From: an uncultured Holophagaceae bacterium
Lineage (GTDB): Bacteria > Acidobacteriota > Holophagae > Holophagales > Holophagaceae
Length of the DNA stretch: 64,000 bases
Direction of reading: 5' to 3'
Assembly: GCA_903937385.1 (NCBI GenBank)
Contig: CAIZZF010000019.1
Coordinates: forward strand, 20,993 to 84,992
The notes under the pieces are model-generated. The model did not search any database, was not told the origin of the DNA, and saw nothing but the letters and a program-made list of their open reading frames with translations. A program made the position numbers and the translations under genes. Shown piece by piece: positions 49,475-58,587 of this stretch (the first letter of the stretch is position 1; the number at the start of each line of letters is the position of its first letter).

Positions 49475-51211
49475 ATGAAACTGGCCTCTGTCATCGTCCT
49501 GCTGTCCGTGGCGCCGTTGCTGGCCCAGGCGCCTGCCACGCTTGGTGTGGCCGAGATCCGCGCCGGCATGAAGGGCCAGGGCCGCACGGTGTTCCAGGGG
49601 GGGAAGATCGAGCGCTTCGACTTCGAGGTGCTGGGCGTGCAGAAGAACGCCGCGCCCGGCCGCAGCCGCATCATGGTCAAGGCCGCCGGGGGACCCCTGG
49701 CGGACACCGGCATCCTGGCGGGCATGAGCGGCAGCCCCTGCTACATCGACGGCAAGCTCATCGGCGCCCTGAGCACGGGCATCGTGTTCGAGAAGGACGC
49801 CATCGGCGGCATCACGCCCATCGCCGAGATGCTCGACCAGCTGCGGGACATCCCCGAACTGGCCCCCAGCCGCACTCCGCTGATCCTGCCCAAGCTGGAG
49901 CCGCCCCGGGTGCTGAAGGCCGCCCTCCAGGGCCAGATGCTGGACTTCCAGAGCCTGCTGGGCGAGACCGACCCCCAGGCCCTCCCCATGACCCTGGTGG
50001 GCAGCCCCCTGGGCGCTGAGGCCCAGCGGCTCTTCGCGGGCTGGCCCGTGACCTTCGCCGCGGTGCCGACCCTGTCCGGCGGCCGGGAGGAGGCCAGTCC
50101 GCTGGAACCCGGGGGCATGGCCGCCATCATGCTGATGCAGGGGGACCTCGACCTGGCCGCCTCCGGCACCATCACCTATGTGTCAGGCAAGCGCGTCCTG
50201 CTGTTCGGCCACCAGCTGTTCAACCTGGGGGCCGTGGACCTGCCGCTCTGGTCCGCCACGGTGGCCACCACGGTGGCCAGCTATCAGAACTCTTTCAAGC
50301 TGGCCATGCCCGTGGCGCCCGTGGGCGCCCTGCGGCTGGATCGCAACTCCGGCGTGGCGGGCATCCTCGGGGCTGAGGCCCACATGGTCCCCCTGCGCAT
50401 CGGCCTGAACCTGGGCGGCAAGCGCACGCTCAACTTCCGCTTCGAGATCATGGACCATCCGGTGGCAACGGCGTCCCTGGCGGCCCTGGCCGTGGCCCAG
50501 ACGCTGGAGGCCCACACCCGGGGCTTCGGCCTTCAGAGCCTGTCCATGCAGGGCAACATCAAGCTCACGGGCCACCCGGCCATCCAGATCGAGAACGTCA
50601 TCGCCGACCTGAACGCCAGCCGAATGGCCCAGTACGTGGGGGGCATGCTGCAGGCGGTCTGCCTGAATCCCTTCGAGAAGCCGGTCTTCGAGGGCATCTC
50701 GCTCACCATCAAGGCCGAGGAGCGGCTGGACCTCACCGCCATCGCCGCGGTCCGCCTGCTGAAGGCTCGGGCCAAGCGGGGCGAGGTGCTGCCGGTGCTG
50801 GTCACCCTCCAGAACATCCAGGGCGTCCGGGAGACGGCCACCTTCAACATCCAGGTGCCCTCGTCGGCGGCCAAGGGGAAGGCCACCCTCATGGTCGGGG
50901 ACGGCTACAGCCTGACCGCGGCGGATCCTGACGAGCGGGTGATCGAGATCGCCTCCCTGGGCGACATCGTGCGGATCCTGAACGGCGCCCTGCGCAACAA
51001 CCACGCCTACGCCCTGCTGGTGCAGTCCCAGCCCGGCGCGGGCCTGCGGGGCAGCCGCATCGAGGGGATTCCCCCCACCGTGGCCAGCCTCGTCGGGGGT
51101 GATGGTGCCAGCAGCGACAACCGGCTGCAGCGGCGCATCGTCGGGCGCGCCGTGCTGCCGCTGGAGCGCGAGGTGCGCGGTCTGGCCCAGCTGGAAGTGG
51201 AGATCGAGTAG
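49475..51211 (+). CDS. Exported SpoIVB-like (S55) serine protease, circularly permuted, no PDZ domain
   Basis: Signal peptide; GILAGMSGSPCYIDGKLIGA (Ser85) precedes GTITY...FGHQ (His246). Confidence 0.85.
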   Translation: MKLASVIVLLSVAPLLAQAPATLGVAEIRAGMKGQGRTVFQGGKIERFDFEVLGVQKNAAPGRSRIMVKAAGGPLADTGILAGMSGSPCYIDGKLIGALSTGIVFEKDAIGGITPIAEMLDQLRDIPELAPSRTPLILPKLEPPRVLKAALQGQMLDFQSLLGETDPQALPMTLVGSPLGAEAQRLFAGWPVTFAAVPTLSGGREEASPLEPGGMAAIMLMQGDLDLAASGTITYVSGKRVLLFGHQLFNLGAVDLPLWSATVATTVASYQNSFKLAMPVAPVGALRLDRNSGVAGILGAEAHMVPLRIGLNLGGKRTLNFRFEIMDHPVATASLAALAVAQTLEAHTRGFGLQSLSMQGNIKLTGHPAIQIENVIADLNASRMAQYVGGMLQAVCLNPFEKPVFEGISLTIKAEERLDLTAIAAVRLLKARAKRGEVLPVLVTLQNIQGVRETATFNIQVPSSAAKGKATLMVGDGYSLTAADPDERVIEIASLGDIVRILNGALRNNHAYALLVQSQPGAGLRGSRIEGIPPTVASLVGGDGASSDNRLQRRIVGRAVLPLEREVRGLAQLEVEIE

Positions 51212-51235
51212 ATGCTTTCCCGAGGAAGAGGTTCT

Positions 51236-53341
51236 ATGCGCTGGATGACCTTGCTGCTTGCCGCCGCCCTGGGAGTGACCGCCCTGGCGGACCAACCCTC
51301 GGCCACTTTCTCGGGCTTCAACGACTGGCTGGGCTCGGAGACCCGCGGTGTGCGGATCGGCGCCGACGGTCGGCTGCGCCTGGCGCCGAACCTCCGGCGC
51401 GTGGGCCAGCTGCCTGAAGGGGTCATCTGGGCCGCGGTGCCCGATGGCTCCGGGGGCGCCTACCTCTCCGCGGGCACCGACGGCAAGCTGTTCCATTACG
51501 TCGGCGGCCAGATGAAGCCCCTGGGCCAGGTGAAGGGCGGCATCGTCTTCGCCCTGGCCAAGCTCGGCCAGGATCTGATCGTCGCGCCCACCGGGGAGGG
51601 CAAGCTGCTCCGGGTGACGCCCACAGGCGAGGTCAAGCCCTTCGCCGACATCGACGCCCGCATCGTCTGGGCCATGGCTGTGGAAGGAGACGCCGTCCTC
51701 GTGGCAGGCGGCGCCGAGAAGGGCGCCGTGCTGGTCCAGGCGCGGGAAGGCGCCAGCCGCCGCCTGACGGAGCTGGCCGACGAGACGGCCTTCACTGCGA
51801 TGGCCTCGGACGGGCAGGGCGGCTGGTATCTGGGCAGTCACGGCCGCGGCCTGGTGCTGCGCTACAGCCGCCAGGGGGACCGCCTGGAGACCCTGATGGA
51901 CACCCCCTTCGAGGAGGTCCGTGCCCTGGCCGTCGCCGAGGGTCAGCTCTACATCGGCGCCGACAACGGCCTCACCCCCAAGTTCAGCACCGGCCTGCTC
52001 GAGCGCCGCGAGGGCTACCTGCAGGCGGACACCAGCACCGCCACGCGCTCGGCCGTGATCCGGCTGGACAAGGACCGCGTCCCCGAGGTGCTCTGGCAGA
52101 GCACCCAGAGCCAGGTCTACGCGCTGACCGTCTGGAAGGGCCAGCTCGTGGTGGGTACGGGCAACCGCTCCCGTCTGTTTGCCCTGCCCCTGGGCAAGGC
52201 CCGCGATGCCGATCCCTTCGCCGTGGTTCAGGAGCTGGGCACCGCCCAGGCCACCGCGTTCCTGCCCTCGGGTGGCGACCTGCTGGTGGTGGGCTCTAAC
52301 CCCGCCGAGCTGCACCTGCTGTCCGAAGCCCAGGCCACGGAAGGCACGCTGGAGTCCCGCATCCTGAAGGGCGCCCCCATCGCCGACTGGGGCCGGGCCT
52401 ACCTGGACGCCGAGACGCCCACGGGCACTGGCGTCGAGCTGCAGTTCCGCATCGGCAGCACTGAGACCCCCGACGCCACCTGGAGTCCCTGGACCCCGCC
52501 CCTGCGCAGCGGGGAGCGACCGACCCTGCCAGCAGCGCGCTTCGCCCAGTTCCGCCTGCGCCTCAGTAGCACCCGGGGCGGCGCCACGCCCATCGTCGAG
52601 TCCGTGAGCCTCTACTGGGCCCATCGCAACCTGGCCCCGGTCTGGGAGGGCGTGGACCTCATGCCCCCGGGCCTGGTCATCACCCGCACCGCACCGCCGG
52701 ATGACATCGGCATCGAGCGGGTCCCCCTGGAGACCCAGAAGCTCATCCCCGCCCTGGGCTACATGGGCGCTGAAAAACGCAGCTTCCGCCGGGGCAGCCA
52801 GAGCTTCGTGTTCCGGGTGAACGACCCCAATGGCGACACCCTCCAGTTCGGCCTCCGCCTGGTGCCCGACCGGGGTGCGCCGATCCTGGTCGAGAAGGCC
52901 TGGAAGGAGAAGTTCTTCAGCTTCGACACCCTGCCGGTGCCCGACGGCCGCTACCGGCTGGAGGTGACCGCCTCGGACGCCCCCAGCGCGCCCTTCAACG
53001 CGGCGCTCACCAGCACCTGGCGCACGGCCCCCTTCCTGGTGGACCACACGCCGCCGGTGATCCTGGACCTGAGCGCCGTGGCCGAGGGCGAGGGCATCCG
53101 CGTGAAGTTCCTGGCCCGGGACGAGACATCCATCCTCCGGGAAGCCGCGGTCAGCGCCGACGGCGAGCGCTGGCTCCAGCTGGTGCCGGAGGACCGCGTC
53201 TTCGACCAGAAGGAGGAGCGCTTCGACGTGCTGCTCCCCCGGGACGTTGTCCGCGGCGACCGCGTCCTCGTCAAGGTCGTGGATCAGCACCTCAACGAGC
53301 AGACGGCGGCGGTGTCGGTGGGGGTGGTTCCTAAGAAGTAG
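51236..53341 (+). CDS. Exported beta-propeller plus Ig/FN3-like protein of unknown function
   Basis: Signal peptide; repeated beta-blade motifs; GSTETPDATWSPW; DGRYRLEVTASD; operonic with the protease. Confidence 0.8.
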   Translation: MRWMTLLLAAALGVTALADQPSATFSGFNDWLGSETRGVRIGADGRLRLAPNLRRVGQLPEGVIWAAVPDGSGGAYLSAGTDGKLFHYVGGQMKPLGQVKGGIVFALAKLGQDLIVAPTGEGKLLRVTPTGEVKPFADIDARIVWAMAVEGDAVLVAGGAEKGAVLVQAREGASRRLTELADETAFTAMASDGQGGWYLGSHGRGLVLRYSRQGDRLETLMDTPFEEVRALAVAEGQLYIGADNGLTPKFSTGLLERREGYLQADTSTATRSAVIRLDKDRVPEVLWQSTQSQVYALTVWKGQLVVGTGNRSRLFALPLGKARDADPFAVVQELGTAQATAFLPSGGDLLVVGSNPAELHLLSEAQATEGTLESRILKGAPIADWGRAYLDAETPTGTGVELQFRIGSTETPDATWSPWTPPLRSGERPTLPAARFAQFRLRLSSTRGGATPIVESVSLYWAHRNLAPVWEGVDLMPPGLVITRTAPPDDIGIERVPLETQKLIPALGYMGAEKRSFRRGSQSFVFRVNDPNGDTLQFGLRLVPDRGAPILVEKAWKEKFFSFDTLPVPDGRYRLEVTASDAPSAPFNAALTSTWRTAPFLVDHTPPVILDLSAVAEGEGIRVKFLARDETSILREAAVSADGERWLQLVPEDRVFDQKEERFDVLLPRDVVRGDRVLVKVVDQHLNEQTAAVSVGVVPKK

Positions 53342-53355
53342 CCGTGTTCGGCTCC

Positions 53356-53389
53356 AAAAAAGGCGGGTCACTTGGCCCGCCTTTTTTTT
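53356..53389. terminator. Bidirectional intrinsic terminator
   Basis: aaaaaaggcgggtc-acttg-gcccgcctttttt between convergent genes. Confidence 0.8.
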
Positions 53390-53413
53390 GACCTGGGAAA
53401 AGACTTCTGGGGG

Positions 53414-53863
53414 TCAGTCTTCGCAGGCCGCCCGCTCGACGCGGGCGCGGAGGATGCGGCAGGTCATGGCCAGCAGCAGGCTGTAGAAGGGGGCCACCAG
53501 GCTGGCGGCCAGCTTCGGGCCCAGCAGGGGCCGGTCGCTGTTGAGGAAGGTGAAGGTGATGATCAGCCCCGTGAGGAACGCGATGCCCCCGCCGAAGTAG
53601 AGGCAGGCCTCCAGCAGCCGCCAGACCTGTAGCGAGGTGCCTCGCGGGCGGGAGGGCGCCGGGGACTGGAGGGCGTCCGCGAAGGCCTGGCGCAGCTCCT
53701 GGAGGGAGTGGGCCGAGAGCACGGCCAGCAGCGGCACCACGAGCACGAAGACCAGGGCCATGGTGGCGGGATGCAGCCAGGTCACCATCCGGCCGCCGAT
53801 CAGGGTGATGCCCAGGATCACCGCCAGGATGAGCAGGGCTTGGCCAACAAGGAATCGGGTCAT
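53414..53863 (-). CDS. Miniature MotA/PomA-like (MotA/TolQ/ExbB family) membrane protein
   Basis: Four hydrophobic segments; GGGIAFLTGLI...D..LLGPKLAASLVAPFYS resembles MotA/PomA TM3-TM4. Confidence 0.65.
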   Translation of the reverse strand: MTRFLVGQALLILAVILGITLIGGRMVTWLHPATMALVFVLVVPLLAVLSAHSLQELRQAFADALQSPAPSRPRGTSLQVWRLLEACLYFGGGIAFLTGLIITFTFLNSDRPLLGPKLAASLVAPFYSLLLAMTCRILRARVERAACED

Positions 53864-53931
53864 GGAGGACCTCCCCCTCACCCATCGGCCACCGGTCGGT
53901 TCGGCTTGAACCAGCCCAACTCTTCTTCTAT

Positions 53932-53976
53932 CTCCAGAACAAAGGCGGGCCGGATGGCCCGCCTTTGTTCTGGAGC
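53932..53976 (-). terminator. Perfect 20-bp inverted repeat after the enoyl-CoA hydratase
   Basis: ctccagaacaaaggcgggcc-cggat-ggcccgcctttgttctggag. Confidence 0.7.
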
Positions 53977-53989
53977 GGGGGAACGGCCC

Positions 53990-54766
53990 CTAGAGTCCCT
54001 TGAAAACCGCCGGCCGCTTCTCGAGGAAGGCACCCGTCCCCTCCTGCATGTCCTGGGTGGCGGCGAGCAGGCCGAACAGGGCGGCTTCGTACTGGAGGCC
54101 CTGGTCCTGGGGCATCTCGATGCCTTCGTTCACGCAGGCCAGGGCGCTGCGCAGGGCCAGGGGGCCCCGGGAGAGGATGGTCTTGGCGAGCTTGGTGGCA
54201 GCGGCCTTGAGGTCCGCGGCGGGGACCACACGGCTCACCAGGCCCATGCGCAGGGCGTCGGCGGCGGGCACCATGTCGCCGCTGAGGATCATGTCCAGGG
54301 CCACGCCCTTGCCTACCAAGCGGGGCAGGCGCTGGGTGCCGCCGTAGCCGGGGATGAGGCCGAGGCTTACCTCGGGCAGGCCGAAGCGGGCGGTCTCGCT
54401 GGCGATGCGGATGTGGCAGGCCAGGGCCAGCTCGCAGCCGCCGCCCAGGGCGAAGCCGTTCACGGCGGCGATGACGGGCTTGGGCAGGGACTCGATGCGC
54501 TGGTAGACGGCTTGGCCGCGCAGGGCCTGGACCCGGGCGCCAGCGGTGTCGAGGGTGCGCAGCTCGGCGATGTCGGCACCGGCCACGAAGGCCTTCTCGC
54601 CGGCGCCGGTGAGCACCACGACGCCCACTTTGGCATCCTGCTCCAGGTCCGCGAAGATCTGCTCGAGCTCCTCCAGCACCTCATTGTTGAGGGCGTTGAG
54701 CTTTTCCGGGCGGTTGAGGGTGACCCAGGCGATGCGGTCAGCTTTCTCGACGAGGGTGAAGGTCAT
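53990..54766 (-). CDS. crt: Enoyl-CoA hydratase / crotonase
   Basis: LNRPEKLNAL, AFVAGADI, GFALGGGCEL, GLPEVSLGLIPGYGGTQRL. Confidence 0.93.
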   Translation of the reverse strand: MTFTLVEKADRIAWVTLNRPEKLNALNNEVLEELEQIFADLEQDAKVGVVVLTGAGEKAFVAGADIAELRTLDTAGARVQALRGQAVYQRIESLPKPVIAAVNGFALGGGCELALACHIRIASETARFGLPEVSLGLIPGYGGTQRLPRLVGKGVALDMILSGDMVPAADALRMGLVSRVVPAADLKAAATKLAKTILSRGPLALRSALACVNEGIEMPQDQGLQYEAALFGLLAATQDMQEGTGAFLEKRPAVFKGL

Positions 54767-54813
54767 GGGGGCTCCTGGTTTCCGATCATTGTACGCTGAA
54801 GGCGGAGTGACTG

Positions 54814-55662
54814 ATGCACCAACCCCCGCACCCCGAGACCTACCGCGACGCCCTCCGCGCCTTCCTGCGCGAAGACTGGGGCACCCAGGACTGGACCACG
54901 GCCGCCGTGCCGGACCGGCCCATGACCGCCCGGGTGGTGGCCAAGGCCGACCTGGTGCTGGCCGGACTTCCCATGGCGCTGGAGGTCTTCCGCATCTCAG
55001 AGCCCGCGCTGGTCATCAGAGCCACGGCCCGGGACGGACAGCGGGTGTCCAGAGGCACCGAGCTGTTCTGCATCGAGGGCTCGAGCCACGGCATCCTGCT
55101 GGCCGAGCGGGTGATGCTGAACCTGCTCCAGCGCCTGTCGGGCACGGCCACCCTCACCCGCCAGTTCGTGGACGCGGTCGAGGGCACCGGCGCCCGGATC
55201 CTCGACACCCGCAAGACCACCCCGGGCCTGAAGCTGCTGGAGAAGTACGCGGTGCGCTGCGGCGGCGGCGTGAACCACCGGCTCACCCTGGGGGATGGCG
55301 TGCTGCTGAAGGAGAACCACCTGGCCGCGGCGGGCGGGGTGCGCGCGGCGGTGGAGGCGGCCCGGCGCGTGGCGCCCAACCTCGTGAAGATCGAAGTGGA
55401 GGCCGAGACCCTGGGCCAGCTCAAGGCCTGCCTGGAGCTGCCCGAGGTGGACGGCGTGCTGCTGGACAACATGAGCCTCGAGCAGCTGCGCGAAGCCGTG
55501 GCCCTGCGCGACCGCAGCGGGCGGCGCCTCTTCCTGGAGGCCAGCGGCAACCTGACCCTGGACCGCGCGCGGGCCGTGGCCGAGACCGGCGTGGACTTCC
55601 TCAGCGTCGGCGCCCTCACCCACAGCGCCCCCGCCGCCGACATCAGCCTTCGGTTCGACTGA
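54814..55662 (+). CDS. nadC: Nicotinate-nucleotide diphosphorylase (quinolinate phosphoribosyltransferase)
   Basis: ERVMLNLLQRLSG, DTRKTTPG, LLDNM, EASGN, SVGALTHS. Confidence 0.96.
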   Translation: MHQPPHPETYRDALRAFLREDWGTQDWTTAAVPDRPMTARVVAKADLVLAGLPMALEVFRISEPALVIRATARDGQRVSRGTELFCIEGSSHGILLAERVMLNLLQRLSGTATLTRQFVDAVEGTGARILDTRKTTPGLKLLEKYAVRCGGGVNHRLTLGDGVLLKENHLAAAGGVRAAVEAARRVAPNLVKIEVEAETLGQLKACLELPEVDGVLLDNMSLEQLREAVALRDRSGRRLFLEASGNLTLDRARAVAETGVDFLSVGALTHSAPAADISLRFD

Positions 55663-55685
55663 AGCGGCTTCCGGGAAGGACAGGG

Positions 55686-56207
55686 GAACCGCAGATGGCG
55701 CAGATGACACCGATGAACGCGGCGAGTCGTCGCCGTGGCAGAGGCGGGGAAAGGCTTGTTAGCCACCGATGAACACCGATGAACACCGATTAAAAGCTGA
55801 TAAAGAAACGGCTGAAAATTCATCCCCCCCGAACAGAACTGATCACCGCCAAGGCGCCAAGAGCGCCAAGAAAGGCATGGCCCCTTGGGCGGGGCCACCA
55901 AGCCCGCACCAACTGGGGCAGCCACGCTGACTGCACGGGTTGGATCCCGGCGGACCCGTGCGGAGTGTGACGGCGCCTCTTGGCGTCCTTGGCGTCTTGG
56001 CGGTGTGCTTTTCATCCCAACCCGCCCGCCGACAGGCCGACATGAGATCTTCCTGGTGATTCTTGGAAGCCCAAAGGGGCGGAGCAAGCCAGCCAAGCTG
56101 GTTGTTTTTCATCCTGCTTTCATCGGTGTTTATCGGTGTTCATCGGTGGCTGATTTGTCCTTTGCTTGAAAAGCACAACTGATGACCATCTGCGTCATCT
56201 GCGGTTC
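55686..56207. repeat. Three-layer nested palindromic repeat element
   Basis: Outer IR 55686-55706/56187-56207 (20/21), middle IR 55761-55790/56122-56151 (29/30), inner IR 55844-55871/55978-56005 (25/28). Confidence 0.88.
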
Positions 56208-56260
56208 TGATCTTGCTCTTGAACGGATGGCGCTGAGTATCGCAATAATCAGAGAACGGC

Positions 56261-58492
56261 TTGCGAAACTTTGGAGGTTCTGTGCGCGGACTTGGATGGG
56301 GAATCGCCCTAGCGGCGCTGGTAGGGGCGGGTCCGGCAGTGGCCCAGGCGCCGCGGCCCATGACGTTCATGGACGTGATGGAGATGCGCAGCGTCGGTGG
56401 TGGGCAGCTCTCTCCGGACGGGGCGCGGGTGGTCTACACCGTCAGCATCCCCCACTGGAAGACCGGGAAGGCCTACACCGATCTCTTCATGGCGGATGCG
56501 GTCACGGGCGCCAGCCGCCAGCTGACCTTCACCCGGGAGAAGAGCGAGACCAGCCCCCAGTGGTCACCGGACGGCCGGCGCTTCGGCTTCCTCAGTGACC
56601 GGGAGGGCAGCCAGCAGGTCTACCTGATGGCCGTGGATGGCGGTGAGGCCCGGAAACTCACGGAGGCCAAGGACGGGGTCCACGCCTTCGCCTTCAGCAG
56701 GGATGGCAAGGTCCTGATCTTCAGCGCGGGCAAGCCCGAGGAGCGGCAGCTCTCGCTGGTTGACCTGCGCTCTGAGGAGCTGACCGTCACGGCCCTGCCC
56801 AAGCACGCCACCTCGGTGCGCGACTTCGCCCTCGCCGAGGACGGCGGCCGCGTCTTCTACACCAGCCCGGACCGCCAGGACAAGGATGACCTGAAGCGCA
56901 AGGAGAAGAAGTTCGACGTGCGCATCGCCGATCCCGAGCAGTCACCCGTGCACCTCTGGTCCCTGGACCTGAAGACCCACGCGGAGCGGCGCTGGACCGA
57001 GGGCGCGGGCTTCACCGTGGCTGCCTTCCAGCTCGCCAAGAATGGCGGCTGGGCCTCCTTCCGGGCGCTGCCCTCGGCCCGCCAGCGGGGCGACATCACC
57101 CAGGAGGAGGCCAGCCTGCACCTGCTGGACCTGGGCAGCGGCAAGGAGCGGCTCGTGCTGGAGAAGAACGCCCGCTTCGCGGCCTTCTCGCCGGATGGCC
57201 AGTGGCTGGCCTACGCTGCGCCGGAGCGCTTCGAGCGCCTGCGCAATGACAAGCTGTGGGTGGTGGCCACTGCCGGAGGCGAGCCGAGGAACCTCCTCGC
57301 TGGCAAGGACCTGAACGTCAGCAGCGCGACCTGGAGCGAGGACGCGAAGACCCTCTACTTCCCCATGGCCGCCGGGGTGGACCAGCAGCTCTATGCCCTG
57401 TCCACTGCAGACGGCACCCTGACCCAGCTCACACGTGAACCGGGCGTGGTCGCCGGCGGCTACAGCGCCGAGGCCAAGGCTTTCCTGCTGAGCTTCAGCC
57501 AGCCGCGGAAGCCCCTGGACTACTACGTCGCCCGGCCCGGCACCGTGGGGCAGGCGGCCAGCTGGGTGAAGGTCTCCGACGGCAATCCCCAGGTGGCGAA
57601 GCTGGCCCTGGGTGAGACCGAGGCCGTCCACTGGAAGGCCAAGGACGGCACGACCATCGAGGGCCTGCTCATCAAGCCCCTGGGCTACGAGCAGGGCAAG
57701 CGCTATCCGCTCATCGTGCAGCTGCACGGGGGCCCCGCCGCCGCGGACATGCGGGGCTTCCAGGGCCGCTATGTCACCTACCCGCACCTCTACGCCGCTG
57801 CAGGCTACGCGGTGCTGCAGCCCAACTACCGGGGTTCGACCAACTACGGCGAGGCCTTCACCCGGCAGATCGGCGGCAACTTCATGCGGCTCTCCTACGG
57901 CGACATCCTGAGCGGTGTGGACCACCTCATCGCCGCAGGCCTCGCCGATCCGGACCGCCTGGGCATGATGGGCTGGAGCGCCGGCGGCCACCTGTCCAGC
58001 TGGACCCTCACCCAGACCGACCGCTTCAAGGCCATCAGCACCGGTGCCGGCGCCGTGAACTGGATCTCGATGTACGCGGAGTCCGATGTCCAGAGCGTCC
58101 GCGAGTTCTACCTGGGCGGGCGGCCCTACGACGCCTGGGAGAACTTCATGAACGAGTCGGCCCTGAGGTTCGTCAAGAACGCCAAGACCCCCACCCTCAT
58201 CCACGTGGGCGAGGCGGACCAGCGCGTGCCCAAGCCCCAGAGTGACGAGCTCTACATGGCCCTCAAGAAGCTCGGCGTGCCCGTGGAGTACATCGTCTAT
58301 CCCGGCATGCCCCACGGCCTCACAGAGCCGCGCTATCAGCTGGTGAAGATGGTCGCCGAGTTCAACTGGTTCGAGAAGTGGATCAAGGGCAAGCAGGACT
58401 GGTTCGACTGGAAGACCCTGCTCGATACCCTGCCCGCCGATCCCGACGCCAAGCCCGAGACCACCGCCGCCGCCGCGACCAAGGGCCGCTGA
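56261..58492 (+). CDS. Exported S9 family peptidase (acylaminoacyl-peptidase/DPP-like) with beta-propeller
   Basis: Signal peptide; SPQWSPDG repeats; LHGGP, PNYRGS, GWSAGG, DQRVP, GMPHG; start uncertain. Confidence 0.92.
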   Translation: MRNFGGSVRGLGWGIALAALVGAGPAVAQAPRPMTFMDVMEMRSVGGGQLSPDGARVVYTVSIPHWKTGKAYTDLFMADAVTGASRQLTFTREKSETSPQWSPDGRRFGFLSDREGSQQVYLMAVDGGEARKLTEAKDGVHAFAFSRDGKVLIFSAGKPEERQLSLVDLRSEELTVTALPKHATSVRDFALAEDGGRVFYTSPDRQDKDDLKRKEKKFDVRIADPEQSPVHLWSLDLKTHAERRWTEGAGFTVAAFQLAKNGGWASFRALPSARQRGDITQEEASLHLLDLGSGKERLVLEKNARFAAFSPDGQWLAYAAPERFERLRNDKLWVVATAGGEPRNLLAGKDLNVSSATWSEDAKTLYFPMAAGVDQQLYALSTADGTLTQLTREPGVVAGGYSAEAKAFLLSFSQPRKPLDYYVARPGTVGQAASWVKVSDGNPQVAKLALGETEAVHWKAKDGTTIEGLLIKPLGYEQGKRYPLIVQLHGGPAAADMRGFQGRYVTYPHLYAAAGYAVLQPNYRGSTNYGEAFTRQIGGNFMRLSYGDILSGVDHLIAAGLADPDRLGMMGWSAGGHLSSWTLTQTDRFKAISTGAGAVNWISMYAESDVQSVREFYLGGRPYDAWENFMNESALRFVKNAKTPTLIHVGEADQRVPKPQSDELYMALKKLGVPVEYIVYPGMPHGLTEPRYQLVKMVAEFNWFEKWIKGKQDWFDWKTLLDTLPADPDAKPETTAAAATKGR

Positions 58493-58511
58493 GACCAAAC
58501 CGGAGAGACCG

Positions 58512-58574
58512 ATCACCGCCGCTGCGCGGCGGTGATATCTGAATAACGGGCCCCATGCGGGGCCCGTTATTCAG
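58512..58574. terminator. Two tandem hairpins between convergent genes
   Basis: atcaccgccgc/gcggcggtgat, then ctgaataacgggcccc-atgc-ggggcccgttattcag. Confidence 0.7.
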
Positions 58575-58587
58575 TAAAGAACGATAA

